The position numbers were made by a program, and so were the translations under genes. Of a stretch of DNA of 64,000 bases, positions 1 to 9,270 are shown piece by piece (positions within the stretch are counted from its first letter, which is position 1; each line of letters begins with the position of its first letter). The notes below the pieces were generated by a model. It was not told the DNA's origin and made no database searches. It was given only the letters and a program-made list of their open reading frames with translations. The stretch comes from Escherichia phage LinBro: sequence record OR896830.1. One strand, 5' to 3'.

Positions 1-2
1 CT

Positions 3-875
3 AAGACAGGGCTGTATAATGTCAAGACTGGAGCTACATCATCAAATCTTTTACTTCAGTTATATCAGGGGTCTGAGTCATCTACACCGTCTGCGCAGCT
101 AAGATTTAAATGGGCGAATGGTGGTATGTGGTATAGGACATCAAGAGATGGTAATGGCTTTGAGAAAAGTTGGGCTATGGTGTACACAACTGCACAGAAG
201 CCAACCCCTTCAGATATTGGTGCATACACTAAAGCAGAAACTGACCAGAAGATTGCACAGGCAGTAAGTGATTCAACAGACCTTAATAAAATCTACCCTG
301 TTGGTATTGTAACGTGGTTTAACAGTAACGTTAACCCTAATACAGCACTGCCTGGTCTAACTTGGACGTACCTTAACAATGGTGTAGGTAGAACAATCAG
401 GATTGCAGCAGCTAACGGTTCAGATGTTGCTACAACTGGTGGTTCAGATTCTGTAACGTTATCTGTTGGTAACTTACCTTCACACACACACAGTTTTTCT
501 GCTACTACTTCGTCTTTTGACTACGGAACAAAAAACACTAACACGACTGGTGCTCACACCCACTCTGTAAGTGGTTCTACTTCATCTGCTGGTAACCACA
601 GCCACTCTATTTCGTGGATTGGTCAGAACTCACAGCACTATTCCGGTGGTGGTGGTGGTTACATTGGTACAGGGCCGGGTTACACCGATGCTAACGGTGC
701 TCACACCCACTCTGTAAGTGGTACTGCCGCTTCTGCTGGTAACCATGCTCACAGTGTTGGTATTGGTGCTCACAGTCATACAGTTAGTGGTAACACTGGT
801 GGTACAGGTTCTGGTTCAGCATTTAGTGTTACTAACCAGTTCTATAAGTTAATGGCTTGGGTGAGGACTGCTTAA
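3..875 (+). CDS. tail fibre protein, C-terminal part (5' end outside window)
   Basis: Frame is open from window start with no stop before 126; Gly/His-rich repeats (GAHTHSVSG...SAGNHSHS, three copies) typical of fibre tips. Confidence 0.5.
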   Translation, partial: KTGLYNVKTGATSSNLLLQLYQGSESSTPSAQLRFKWANGGMWYRTSRDGNGFEKSWAMVYTTAQKPTPSDIGAYTKAETDQKIAQAVSDSTDLNKIYPVGIVTWFNSNVNPNTALPGLTWTYLNNGVGRTIRIAAANGSDVATTGGSDSVTLSVGNLPSHTHSFSATTSSFDYGTKNTNTTGAHTHSVSGSTSSAGNHSHSISWIGQNSQHYSGGGGGYIGTGPGYTDANGAHTHSVSGTAASAGNHAHSVGIGAHSHTVSGNTGGTGSGSAFSVTNQFYKLMAWVRTA

Positions 876-954
876 TCCCTTATTGACTGATTGTTAAGAT
901 GGTGTTAATATTCTTTATAGGTATTCTCACCATCTTGGCTGATGAGGTGATTAA

Positions 955-1149
955 ATGCCTACAATCCTAGCAATTCTCCTAAAAAATCTAGGTAGTTTCT
1001 TCTGGAAACTCATTTTATCTCTTCTAAGTGAATACATGATTGAGAAAGTGTTCTTTAAGCTTGCAAGATACCTTGCGGGTAAGACAGACACCCCTATTGA
1101 TGATGAATTCGTAGATAACTTAGAAAAAGCTTTTAAGGGGGAGAAATAA
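955..1149 (+). CDS. hypothetical small protein
   Basis: 64-aa ORF immediately after fibre gene, same strand. Confidence 0.35.
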   Translation: MPTILAILLKNLGSFFWKLILSLLSEYMIEKVFFKLARYLAGKTDTPIDDEFVDNLEKAFKGEK

Positions 1150-1521
1150 ATGAAGTGGATAGAGGAAGCTTTTAAAAATAATATTGGTGCAATTGTTGTT
1201 GGTATTTTTAGTGTTATTGGGATGTATACCACGATGCAAGTTTCAAGTGGTAAGCAAGAGGTGTCTGTCACAACAAAATTACAGCAGCTAGATAATTATA
1301 GCAAATCTAATTACTCAGCTATTCGTGATTTACAGTCTGACATAAGACTTATTCAGTTAGGGATGGAGAACCAGAAAGTTCAGTTAGAGAATGTTAAGGG
1401 TGAGAATGCAAAACTTACCAAAACTCTTGATAAATTCTCTGACAGTGTGAATAATCTGGCTCAATCAGTATCAGCCCTCCAAGCTATTACTGAAAAGAAC
1501 ACAAAGAATACTGAAAAATAA
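1150..1521 (+). CDS. hypothetical membrane-anchored coiled-coil protein
   Basis: N-terminal hydrophobic segment (IGAIVVGIFSVIGMY) then coiled-coil-like region; followed by terminator. Confidence 0.4.
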   Translation: MKWIEEAFKNNIGAIVVGIFSVIGMYTTMQVSSGKQEVSVTTKLQQLDNYSKSNYSAIRDLQSDIRLIQLGMENQKVQLENVKGENAKLTKTLDKFSDSVNNLAQSVSALQAITEKNTKNTEK

Positions 1522-1527
1522 AATTTA

Positions 1528-1560
1528 AGGCTCCTTTTTACGGGAGCCTTTTTTTTTTTT
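1528..1560. terminator. rho-independent terminator between convergent genes
   Basis: GGCTCC...GGGAGCC hairpin followed by a T12 run; flanked by A-run so could act in both directions. Confidence 0.7.
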
Positions 1561-1563
1561 GTT

Positions 1564-2463
1564 TTACTTACCTACTGACAGAGGTGCTTCAATCTTTCCT
1601 GCATGTTGGTAGTTGCTAATACCACCAATAAAATCACTTGCGGTAAGGTGTTTTAGGTCACTTAGCGTGTTAAGCTGCACACCAATCTCAAAAGTAGGCG
1701 CATGGAACTCTTTATTGTTCATCAGTTCATAAACCTGCTTCATATGGTTCTGATAAATCTGAGTATCCCCAAAGACACCTATCAAGTACCGTGGAGTATA
1801 TCCAGTCATCTTGCAAAGTACTTCCAGAATAAAACCATAAGATGCAATGTTAAATGGAAGACCTAAAAAGGTGTCTACAGAACGTTGATACCATTGTAAG
1901 TCAACCTCACCTTCGTTAGTGATATAAATCTGAAACAGAACATGACAAGGTGCTAAAGCCATTGAGTTAGCTGCAATATCTGCTGCATTCCAAGCATTAA
2001 CAAGCATGTAACGGTCTGTGATATCACCTTTCATCTTCGTTACTAAGGTCTCTAACTGGTCTACAACACAACCGTTATGACCTTCAAAGTTTCTCCACTG
2101 AACCCCGTAGATTCTCCCACCTGCATCTTCTAACCAGTCTTGCTCAGAAGAATAGTTAGAGCTTAACCAGCGTTTAAAATCATCTGACCAGATAGTCCAA
2201 CGTTCCCCATCATTTTCACCCCAAGTACGGTAACGGAGTTCACCAAGTTTATTCTCACCATTCAGGAACCATAAAGCTTCCCCAATAACTTGCCGTGTAA
2301 ACACCTGTTTAGATGTTAAGAGTGGGAAACCAGTACGCATATCAAAACGAAATTTTGGTGGAGCAAATGCAGAGATAACATCTCCAGTTCGTGTAGTACG
2401 CAGTTCACCAACGGATAAAACATGGTTCAGGATATTTTTGTAACTCAAATCAGCTTGTGACAT
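1564..2463 (-). CDS. thyA: thymidylate synthase
   Basis: 299 aa; active-site region MALAPCHVLFQ and conserved GVQWRNF, DQL..L motifs. Confidence 0.9.
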   Translation of the reverse strand: MSQADLSYKNILNHVLSVGELRTTRTGDVISAFAPPKFRFDMRTGFPLLTSKQVFTRQVIGEALWFLNGENKLGELRYRTWGENDGERWTIWSDDFKRWLSSNYSSEQDWLEDAGGRIYGVQWRNFEGHNGCVVDQLETLVTKMKGDITDRYMLVNAWNAADIAANSMALAPCHVLFQIYITNEGEVDLQWYQRSVDTFLGLPFNIASYGFILEVLCKMTGYTPRYLIGVFGDTQIYQNHMKQVYELMNNKEFHAPTFEIGVQLNTLSDLKHLTASDFIGGISNYQHAGKIEAPLSVGK

Positions 2464-2464
2464 A

Positions 2465-3010
2465 TCAAAAGTGTCCTTTTACTTGTGGAACATAGATTTC
2501 AAAGGTTGCTTTACCATCATCTGAAGGTCTCGACTGCACCTTTGCAAATACACGGTTATCATACAGCTTATCAAAGAAGTTTTCAAAAGGTAAATACACA
2601 GTGGCCTCTTCAGTAACTTTATGGAAAACTGTATGGAAAACTACACCAGCATATGGTAAAGCATCGACAAGAACACCTGCACCACCAATTACAAAGACAT
2701 CTTCATCAATAGAGCTATCAAGATACTTCAAAAATGCTCCAAAGGACTCTTTGCTGGCCTTAGCATACATTACATCTTCTTTACCAAAGTCTATACCATA
2801 ATAAGGTACAGAGTTTGTTAAGATAAGGTTTTCACGTTCTGGTAAAGGCTTACTACCCAGAGTCTTGAAAGTCTCGTTACCCATAACTACTAAGTTATCT
2901 TTAGTAAGTCTCTTAAACTCTTGCATATCCTGTTTATGTCGAGGCCACGGCATACCAGTTGGAGTGCCAAATTCACCGTTTTCACCACTTGCAAATATTA
3001 GTTTAATCAT
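2465..3010 (-). CDS. frd: dihydrofolate reductase
   Basis: 181 aa; N-terminal MIKLIFA..GENG..PW and central VMG..TF motifs of DHFR; adjacent to thyA. Confidence 0.85.
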   Translation of the reverse strand: MIKLIFASGENGEFGTPTGMPWPRHKQDMQEFKRLTKDNLVVMGNETFKTLGSKPLPERENLILTNSVPYYGIDFGKEDVMYAKASKESFGAFLKYLDSSIDEDVFVIGGAGVLVDALPYAGVVFHTVFHKVTEEATVYLPFENFFDKLYDNRVFAKVQSRPSDDGKATFEIYVPQVKGHF

Positions 3011-3267
3011 TTTGTAAACCCTTTCTTAATGAACCAGTTGATGACACTCTTCACAACTTTACTACGATGGTAGATAAAATGTGGAGAGGGTTGGTATGAA
3101 CCATAAGCCCAGAAAGCGATAATTTCATTACACCCTGTACATCGGGTACTTTCTTCAGCAATATGACCGTTGACTATTTCACTTACCTCACCTTGTAAGT
3201 CTGTACACCCACAATGTGGACATCGGATAGGTGTTCCATCAGACTCATAGCAGTGTTCAATTTTCAT
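3007..3267 (-). CDS. zinc-ribbon protein, function unknown
   Basis: CPHCGC...CTGC cysteine pairs. Confidence 0.45.
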   Translation of the reverse strand: MKIEHCYESDGTPIRCPHCGCTDLQGEVSEIVNGHIAEESTRCTGCNEIIAFWAYGSYQPSPHFIYHRSKVVKSVINWFIKKGFTK

Positions 3268-3783
3268 TTACTTAACCTCAAAAACTGGCTCAAGAACCAA
3301 TATAAAGTCTACACAGTCATCTTCTTCATCCAGAATACCATCAAAGTTCTTAGGAACGAAGTCGAAGAGGCTCATAACAAAACAGTCAGAAGTGACCCTG
3401 ATAGTTCCTCCCATGTTCTCTACAGTTAACACTGTACGACTTTCTTTTACCTCCCTCAGAAGATTACTCACAAAGTCATCTAAGAAGTACTTCATCAGTG
3501 ACTTGAAACCTTTAGGATAATCTGTACCAGAGTATGTTTCAATCTGTGGTACAAGCTTAACATTTATACTAGTCTTTGTTAAGAACGTTTTAGAGAACAT
3601 ACTATCAGGTAACTTACAAACAGTCTTTCCAGTACCTTCATGCTCAATCTCAACAAAACCAGCTTCATCGCCACATGTAACTATTTTAAAAGATGCTTCA
3701 TTCTCATACTGTGAAGCCATAAACTTTTTAAGCATTTCTTTAAGGAAATCTGCATGAGCATCCTGTAAGAAGATATCAATCAT
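3268..3783 (-). CDS. hypothetical protein
   Basis: 171-aa ORF in co-directional gene block. Confidence 0.45.
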   Translation of the reverse strand: MIDIFLQDAHADFLKEMLKKFMASQYENEASFKIVTCGDEAGFVEIEHEGTGKTVCKLPDSMFSKTFLTKTSINVKLVPQIETYSGTDYPKGFKSLMKYFLDDFVSNLLREVKESRTVLTVENMGGTIRVTSDCFVMSLFDFVPKNFDGILDEEDDCVDFILVLEPVFEVK

Positions 3784-3796
3784 AGTTAATCACCTA

Positions 3797-4156
3797 TTAT
3801 GGGAACAGACACTTAATGTCATCGTTTTTGAAAACAAAACTTGTGTAGTTATGACCATCAACATCCAACCAAACAGCCTGAACATCTACACCATCAAGAT
3901 TCTGGTAAAGCTCTTTGATGAAGTGGTCTTTTACAATCTGACTGCTAGTTGTTTCCAGCTTAATGTTCGAGATTGCTGAACCTACAGCCATATAGCCCAT
4001 GACACGTTTCTTCTCAGTATGCTTAATCTTACCATCTTTGTAAGCCATAATGAGATTGGAAAGAATCTTTACACCATAATACTTTTCAAGGTGAGTAGGC
4101 ACACCATAAAAGCCTAATGCGAAGTTTTCAGAGTGGATAATGTTTTCACGTTTCAT
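3797..4156 (-). CDS. hypothetical protein
   Basis: 119-aa ORF in co-directional gene block. Confidence 0.45.
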   Translation of the reverse strand: MKRENIIHSENFALGFYGVPTHLEKYYGVKILSNLIMAYKDGKIKHTEKKRVMGYMAVGSAISNIKLETTSSQIVKDHFIKELYQNLDGVDVQAVWLDVDGHNYTSFVFKNDDIKCLFP

Positions 4157-4157
4157 A

Positions 4158-4457
4158 TTAATCTGCCAACCTTAAATTGAAATTAACACCAAATTTTTCG
4201 CATACTTCCAACATATACTCAAGGGAGACGTTACCAGTGAGGTGGATTATGTTGGATACACGAGCCTGAGAGATACCACAAATTTTAGCGACTTGCTCTT
4301 GAGAAAGACCTCTGGATTTAATCTCTCTCTTAAAACGATGTGCAACGAAGTCTCTCATTTCGTCTACATCCATTGGACAAATATAACTCTCCATTTCAGC
4401 CTCTCTATCAGCCTCCCAATCATCTTGTGGAGCATAAGGGTCAAAAACCTCATTCAT
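4158..4457 (-). CDS. helix-turn-helix DNA-binding protein (XRE-like)
   Basis: C-terminal LSQEQVAKICGISQARVSNI HTH-like segment; start placed at internal Met (MNEVF) to avoid overlap, uncertain. Confidence 0.5.
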   Translation of the reverse strand: MNEVFDPYAPQDDWEADREAEMESYICPMDVDEMRDFVAHRFKREIKSRGLSQEQVAKICGISQARVSNIIHLTGNVSLEYMLEVCEKFGVNFNLRLAD

Positions 4458-4662
4458 CTTTCTTCTTCCGTTTGCGTGAAGTGTCAATCAATGAATCTAT
4501 GTTTGTAGCCCTAACCTTTTCACGTTCATCGTTAAGATAATCATCAAGAGCCTTTTCAATCTGTGAATCATCTTGACAGATAACTGTAAAGACTGTAAAG
4601 CCGTCTGTATCGTCAATTATCTTACCATAACCGCTTCTGGGATGTAACTTTTTAAGAGCCAT
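4450..4662 (-). CDS. hypothetical protein
   Basis: 70-aa ORF, short overlap with downstream gene. Confidence 0.35.
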   Translation of the reverse strand: MALKKLHPRSGYGKIIDDTDGFTVFTVICQDDSQIEKALDDYLNDEREKVRATNIDSLIDTSRKRKKKDE

Positions 4663-4663
4663 A

Positions 4664-5047
4664 TCAAATACCTGTGCAGCTTCTGTTTTCTAAGAAATAC
4701 TCAACACCGTACATAGCTTTTTGCATCAAATCTTCTTTAAACTGGATACGGTGGTTGAGCATAGACTGTACATCAATATCATCACGGTGTTTCTCTTTAA
4801 TGTTTGCAGATTGCAGGAAATACTCTGCAAGAACACGATACTGGTAGTCAGTCACCTTATCAGTCATCTCTGTTAAAGACTCTTCAGAGATTGGTTTAAG
4901 TAGCTCACCATTCGCTAGAGCAACACCCTTTACAATCTGACAAGTATCCTCTTGGACGCCTGATAAGTTCACATTTGGTAGTTCTGTTGAATGAACTGGT
5001 AAACTCATTGTCATAACCATTGCAGCAGCTAATAAAATCTTTTTCAT
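4664..5047 (-). CDS. secreted or periplasmic protein
   Basis: Signal-peptide-like N-terminus MKKILLAAAMVMTMSLPVHS. Confidence 0.5.
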   Translation of the reverse strand: MKKILLAAAMVMTMSLPVHSTELPNVNLSGVQEDTCQIVKGVALANGELLKPISEESLTEMTDKVTDYQYRVLAEYFLQSANIKEKHRDDIDVQSMLNHRIQFKEDLMQKAMYGVEYFLENRSCTGI

Positions 5048-5319
5048 AATGACCTCAAAGTTATATTAAATTTTGTATTACGTTGAGTATAAAAATAAGC
5101 TATAACACCTGACTTGTCAACAGATTTTATAGCTTATTTGGCAGATTTTTTATAAGGCTACTGCCATCCTTCCATGCTAGACTACGCCATGCCAAACCAG
5201 ACTTCACATCACCTTACCGTGCAATACATCACTTAAAAACCCTCTTAGAAGACTCTTAAGTGATACTGGTGAGTACCCGTTGGTTTATGCTGCTCAGTAT
5301 ACTCACCAAATTTTCTATG

Positions 5320-5508
5320 TCAACAACTTTCTAATAAAGTTTTATGAAGATTTTGCTTAACGACCCGCCTCACATGCCTATGCTCTTTCTTGATAAAGAG
5401 TGACCTCTTCTTAACAGAGCGCCTATTCTTGTAAGTATTACTAGGATACTTATCATGAACCGGACAACAACTCCCCGGATTTGTAAACTTGATAATCTCT
5501 CTTTTCAC
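5320..5508 (-). CDS. small basic protein
   Basis: 62-aa Lys/Arg-rich ORF abutting ligase gene. Confidence 0.3.
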   Translation of the reverse strand: MKREIIKFTNPGSCCPVHDKYPSNTYKNRRSVKKRSLFIKKEHRHVRRVVKQNLHKTLLESC

Positions 5509-6647
5509 TATTCATAATCCCTAATAACTAACCCAACAGGGAACAGCAGAGACCCCTTACGAGTCATCTTCTGGAACTGAACCGTTAAAGGCTTTCCGAT
5601 AAACTCATCAGGGTGCTCAGCAAGATACTGTTTTTTCTCATGAGTAGTCTTCCATGAGACATCTACAAAGACGTTAGGAAGAGTCTCTACAACGAACTTA
5701 CCATGACCACGTTTATCGGTCTTGACACCAGTAACTTTAAACTCTTCAGTGTGCATCTTCTTGTGCTTAATCAAGAAGTATGAACGGTGACCACACTCAT
5801 AGAAGGAGTCTTCAGAGATTGAACGGTACATTGCACCTTCAAACTTAGCTTCAACCCACTTATCATGAGCTTCATCAAACTCTTCCCAAGAATTTACACG
5901 ACGAGATTTAACAGGAACAACTTTACAGCCGTCTCTAAAATCATTCAATGGTGAAGTCTCAATAATATCTCTACGCTCAGGCCACGTCTTAGTACTGTCA
6001 CAGATATCGTACCAGTAAAACTTGAGTAGATGTCGGTCAGGATTGTCTTCATTTTTAATCATAGAGACAATATCTTCTAAGTCCCACCCATGAGCATAAA
6101 TCTCACCATCAAATTCATCAACATCTTTATGAATCCTCAACATTGCCATAATGTCAGGTATTAGCTCAGTAGGAATTTTATAAACAGTATTCTCACGAGA
6201 GTATGCTGTAAATACACTACCAATACTCAAGCGTCTTGAAATTCTACAACGAACACCATCAAACTTCGGTTGAGCATCAGCAGGGAATTTCAAATACTTT
6301 GCATGACTAACCTTTGAAGCATCATGAGCAAGCTGTACACCTACCTTCTCAGTATTCTGTGCAGACTCTTTTGTGTAAGCATAACCTTTACGGTCAACTT
6401 GCTTTTTATACTTAGCAGCAACTTCAAAGAGAGCTTGCTGTTCAGCGTTACGCTCATTCTTTTTACCGATGTTTTTAGGTTCTGCTGTATACTCTTCAAA
6501 CATCATCTTGCCATTTTCTTTACCATAGGTTGTAATAACTTTGTCACCTACAGCAACGCATGACCAGACGTTGAAAGAGCCATCTTTATTTTGTTTGTAT
6601 AGGATTGTCATTTTATTCCTCTGAGTGATACCAAGTGTTGCAAGCAT
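5508..6647 (-). CDS. ATP-dependent DNA ligase
   Basis: Motif I KFDGVR, motif III EFDGEIY, motif IV EGAMYR, motif V LIKHKK in correct order; 379 aa. Confidence 0.8.
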   Translation of the reverse strand: MLATLGITQRNKMTILYKQNKDGSFNVWSCVAVGDKVITTYGKENGKMMFEEYTAEPKNIGKKNERNAEQQALFEVAAKYKKQVDRKGYAYTKESAQNTEKVGVQLAHDASKVSHAKYLKFPADAQPKFDGVRCRISRRLSIGSVFTAYSRENTVYKIPTELIPDIMAMLRIHKDVDEFDGEIYAHGWDLEDIVSMIKNEDNPDRHLLKFYWYDICDSTKTWPERRDIIETSPLNDFRDGCKVVPVKSRRVNSWEEFDEAHDKWVEAKFEGAMYRSISEDSFYECGHRSYFLIKHKKMHTEEFKVTGVKTDKRGHGKFVVETLPNVFVDVSWKTTHEKKQYLAEHPDEFIGKPLTVQFQKMTRKGSLLFPVGLVIRDYE

Positions 6648-6804
6648 TACATGCGTAAAGCTCTAAGTCATTTTTATCCGGTTTATGAAAACAGTTTGCT
6701 CCGCAGTGGCAACGAAATGGCTTTCCACCAACTGTCAGGACGAAGGACTGAATCTTTCCATCAGGAGTTCGTACAGCATTTTTATGCTTATCTTCTTTGT
6801 TCAT
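6613..6804 (-). CDS. small Cys-rich protein
   Basis: CHC...CNACN cysteine cluster; overlaps ligase start. Confidence 0.35.
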   Translation of the reverse strand: MNKEDKHKNAVRTPDGKIQSFVLTVGGKPFRCHCGANCFHKPDKNDLELYACNACNTWYHSEE

Positions 6805-7007
6805 TTCCTCTTGCCACCAATTTCTACGTCAATAACTTGAACATCACCAGCAACATCAAACTTATGAATGATGCTTTCCACAGTGTAAGTCCAACCATCA
6901 ATGCGAACCAACTCACCTTCTCGTGGGACGATTGGGTTACGTTGAGCTACCGTTGTAGTAGAGTGAACAACATCATAACAATAGATATAGTTTACTAGGA
7001 CTTCCAT
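6801..7007 (-). CDS. hypothetical protein
   Basis: ORF 6801..7106 trimmed to internal Met with GAGGG RBS so it does not overlap upstream lipoprotein gene. Confidence 0.35.
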   Translation of the reverse strand: MEVLVNYIYCYDVVHSTTTVAQRNPIVPREGELVRIDGWTYTVESIIHKFDVAGDVQVIDVEIGGKRK

Positions 7008-7017
7008 CGTGAAACCC

Positions 7018-7278
7018 TCACTCAATAACCGTAGTGTGTGATTGACCATTTTTGCCATAGCTATAAGATGTTGTTGTTTGGGAGTTTGGACATCTGACAA
7101 CAACAATATCTCTGCTTATAGCATCACCATGTAACTTGTATACTCTGCAATCTTGCATCTCTGGTGGGAGGCTGTAAGAAGCATTTTTATCTTCATAAGA
7201 AGGGTTGCAGCCAGATAGAAAAATAACACCAAGCGCAATTACTGATTTCCACATAATACACCCCTGTTTACTGTTCAC
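7018..7278 (-). CDS. putative lipoprotein
   Basis: Lipobox-like LSGC after hydrophobic N-terminus. Confidence 0.45.
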   Translation of the reverse strand: MNSKQGCIMWKSVIALGVIFLSGCNPSYEDKNASYSLPPEMQDCRVYKLHGDAISRDIVVVRCPNSQTTTSYSYGKNGQSHTTVIE

Positions 7279-7441
7279 GATGCTCTACTTCTCTGTATGT
7301 ACGTCGATAATGAATGATAAGTGGTGCTAATTCATTGCTTTTAACATTTGAGCGTAACAGTTGCCAGTCAAAACCTTTACCAACTCTTCCATATAAATTA
7401 AAAAACTTAACTTTGCGTTTCATTTTCGGTATCTCCAATAT

Positions 7442-7669
7442 TCAGAGGTTAATATTAATACGTTCGCCCTTAAGGACTCCAGTACGGTCCCTTGCAATCT
7501 TACCATCAACAATAAGGATATGCACAGACCTTAAAGAGTCATTATTAAAACCTTTTACGAACTTACTAGGCATCACTACAATAAGCATCTCCTGAATCAA
7601 CTCTGGAGTATAGCAGTTATCATGAAGTTGTTGGATAACGTCTGCAAGTGTCATTTTTGATGTCTCCAA
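7442..7669 (-). CDS. hypothetical protein
   Basis: 75-aa ORF. Confidence 0.3.
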   Translation of the reverse strand: METSKMTLADVIQQLHDNCYTPELIQEMLIVVMPSKFVKGFNNDSLRSVHILIVDGKIARDRTGVLKGERININL

Positions 7670-7860
7670 TACTCAATGTCAATAAGTTCTTGTGCAATGC
7701 TTTTCAGATTACCTTTCAAGAAAACCTTCTCAGAACCTGAAAGAGATGAATTGTCAATTAACCTGTTCATTCTCTCAAACAACTTCTGCTTACGGTTCTT
7801 GATAGTTTCCTTTGAAGCGCCTTTCATCATCGCTGCATGGGTTCTTCCACGATGGCTCAT
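7651..7860 (-). CDS. hypothetical protein
   Basis: 69-aa ORF. Confidence 0.3.
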   Translation of the reverse strand: MSHRGRTHAAMMKGASKETIKNRKQKLFERMNRLIDNSSLSGSEKVFLKGNLKSIAQELIDIEYWRHQK

Positions 7861-7921
7861 AAGTCCTCCTATACAAGATATTGTATAAGGTACTCTTCCC
7901 TGAGCACCTTGTCAATACTAA

Positions 7922-8485
7922 TTAGTGTACTTCAAGCCAATTCTTACCAACTTTACCAGTACCAGTTACAAGCGTTTCCTCCTTAAGTCCTAAGTTTCTT
8001 GATGCCTGACCATACATCCAGTCAATCACTGCTTTAACATCTTGTGTCATCTCTTCTGGGCACTCCCAACTGTTCTCATCGTGGTATGCTAGAAGCAATC
8101 TAGCACCAATAGCTGGTTTTCGACCATTCAGCTTTGTAAGACCCTCTTCACAAGTTCTTCTACAAGCGAGGTTGATGGCTTCATTCTGAACCTGACTTTC
8201 CGAACCCATGAGCAGATAATTCAATAGTTTGTGTGGAGATTTACACCACAACCATGCACCAGCAACCTTTACAAAACCACCTTTAGAGATTGCAGCAGTC
8301 TTACCAAATACCTCTTCAAGAGCCTTCTTAGTGGCTTTGAAGTCAGCTTCCAAATTATCTATCAACTTTTTAATCTTAGGGAGGCGTACAAAGTAAGTTT
8401 GCTTAGTTAAAGCACCTTCTTCGGTTGTTGATGCTTTAATCGTCTTGGCAAACTTCTCATCACCTGCCCCAAACAATACATCTGG
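7922..8485 (-). CDS. DNA polymerase (family A), C-terminal segment
   Basis: Begins FGAGDEKFAKT (second half of motif B, cf. T7 YGAGDEK) and contains motif C LLAYHDE; frame opens just after a stop at 8486-8488. Confidence 0.8.
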   Translation of the reverse strand, partial: PDVLFGAGDEKFAKTIKASTTEEGALTKQTYFVRLPKIKKLIDNLEADFKATKKALEEVFGKTAAISKGGFVKVAGAWLWCKSPHKLLNYLLMGSESQVQNEAINLACRRTCEEGLTKLNGRKPAIGARLLLAYHDENSWECPEEMTQDVKAVIDWMYGQASRNLGLKEETLVTGTGKVGKNWLEVH

Positions 8486-9270
8486 TCAATACACTCGCAA
8501 GGTGTACCAGTTCTCTTATGAACTTCTCCGCATTTCTACGGAGTGTCGGACTATATCACGTAGTAGTAATACTACCGTTGCACTTGGGAATGGTCATTAG
8601 CTTACCACCCTACTCTACTCAGTTCATACATTAAGTATGCTTTTCGATAGTCTCTGAACGTTTCTCTGTTAGGAACTCTAAAATACTATTGTTTACTAAG
8701 GTATGCAATTGCTCTCTGCATATTATCAACGCTATCTGCAAGCAACCCCAAAGCCCTATTGCAATTGTGGCACAACATACCTCTTACTTTTCCGGTTTTG
8801 TGGTCATGGTCAACGACAAGTTTAGCCTTATGCCGTGAACTATTCATGATAAAACCTTCACCGCCACAAATTTGACATTTGTAATCACAGTTACGAAGTA
8901 GGGTTTCAACCTCTTCTCTTTCTAAACCATATGTTCTCAGGTAGTAATTCTTAACTCTACCTTTCTCTCCGCAATGCGAAGAACAATAAACTTGCCTTGC
9001 TGTTCTAGGCATGAACACCTTCTCACAGCTAGGACATTTCTTAGTAAGAACCCTATGTTCTGCTCTTCTGTCAAATTTTAATACGCAACTTCTGCACCGT
9101 TTTTGATTGTATTGGTATGGTTTAAACTCTGCACCACACTCAGTACACAATCTCTCTTTGTAACCTGCCATTGTCTCTCTCCTTTGCTTTAGGAGTCCTA
9201 ACAGAGACTTCGCTGCTGATTACCATATCTTTACAGACTTAGGCTTCCAGCAATTCACAACGTTTTACAT
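8477..9270 (-). mobile_element. intervening sequence in DNA polymerase gene (group I intron-like) carrying HNH endonuclease
   Basis: Polymerase motif B is split: upstream ORF ends RKKAKNGIYA...stop, downstream ORF resumes FGAGDEK; HNH ORF lies between; boundaries approximate. Confidence 0.55.
8686..9171 (-). CDS. HNH homing endonuclease
   Basis: CxxC pairs plus VVDHDHKTGKVRGMLCHNCNRALG HNH motif. Confidence 0.8.
   Translation of the reverse strand: MAGYKERLCTECGAEFKPYQYNQKRCRSCVLKFDRRAEHRVLTKKCPSCEKVFMPRTARQVYCSSHCGEKGRVKNYYLRTYGLEREEVETLLRNCDYKCQICGGEGFIMNSSRHKAKLVVDHDHKTGKVRGMLCHNCNRALGLLADSVDNMQRAIAYLSKQ

Noticed and set aside
126-875. Track start of the first ORF at Met 126
   Set aside because: The frame is open back to the window edge and upstream residues read as protein; the gene begins outside the window.
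5256-5310. Hairpin GGTGAGTA...TACTCACC as a terminator
   Set aside because: No convincing T-run on either strand and flanking genes are on the minus strand.
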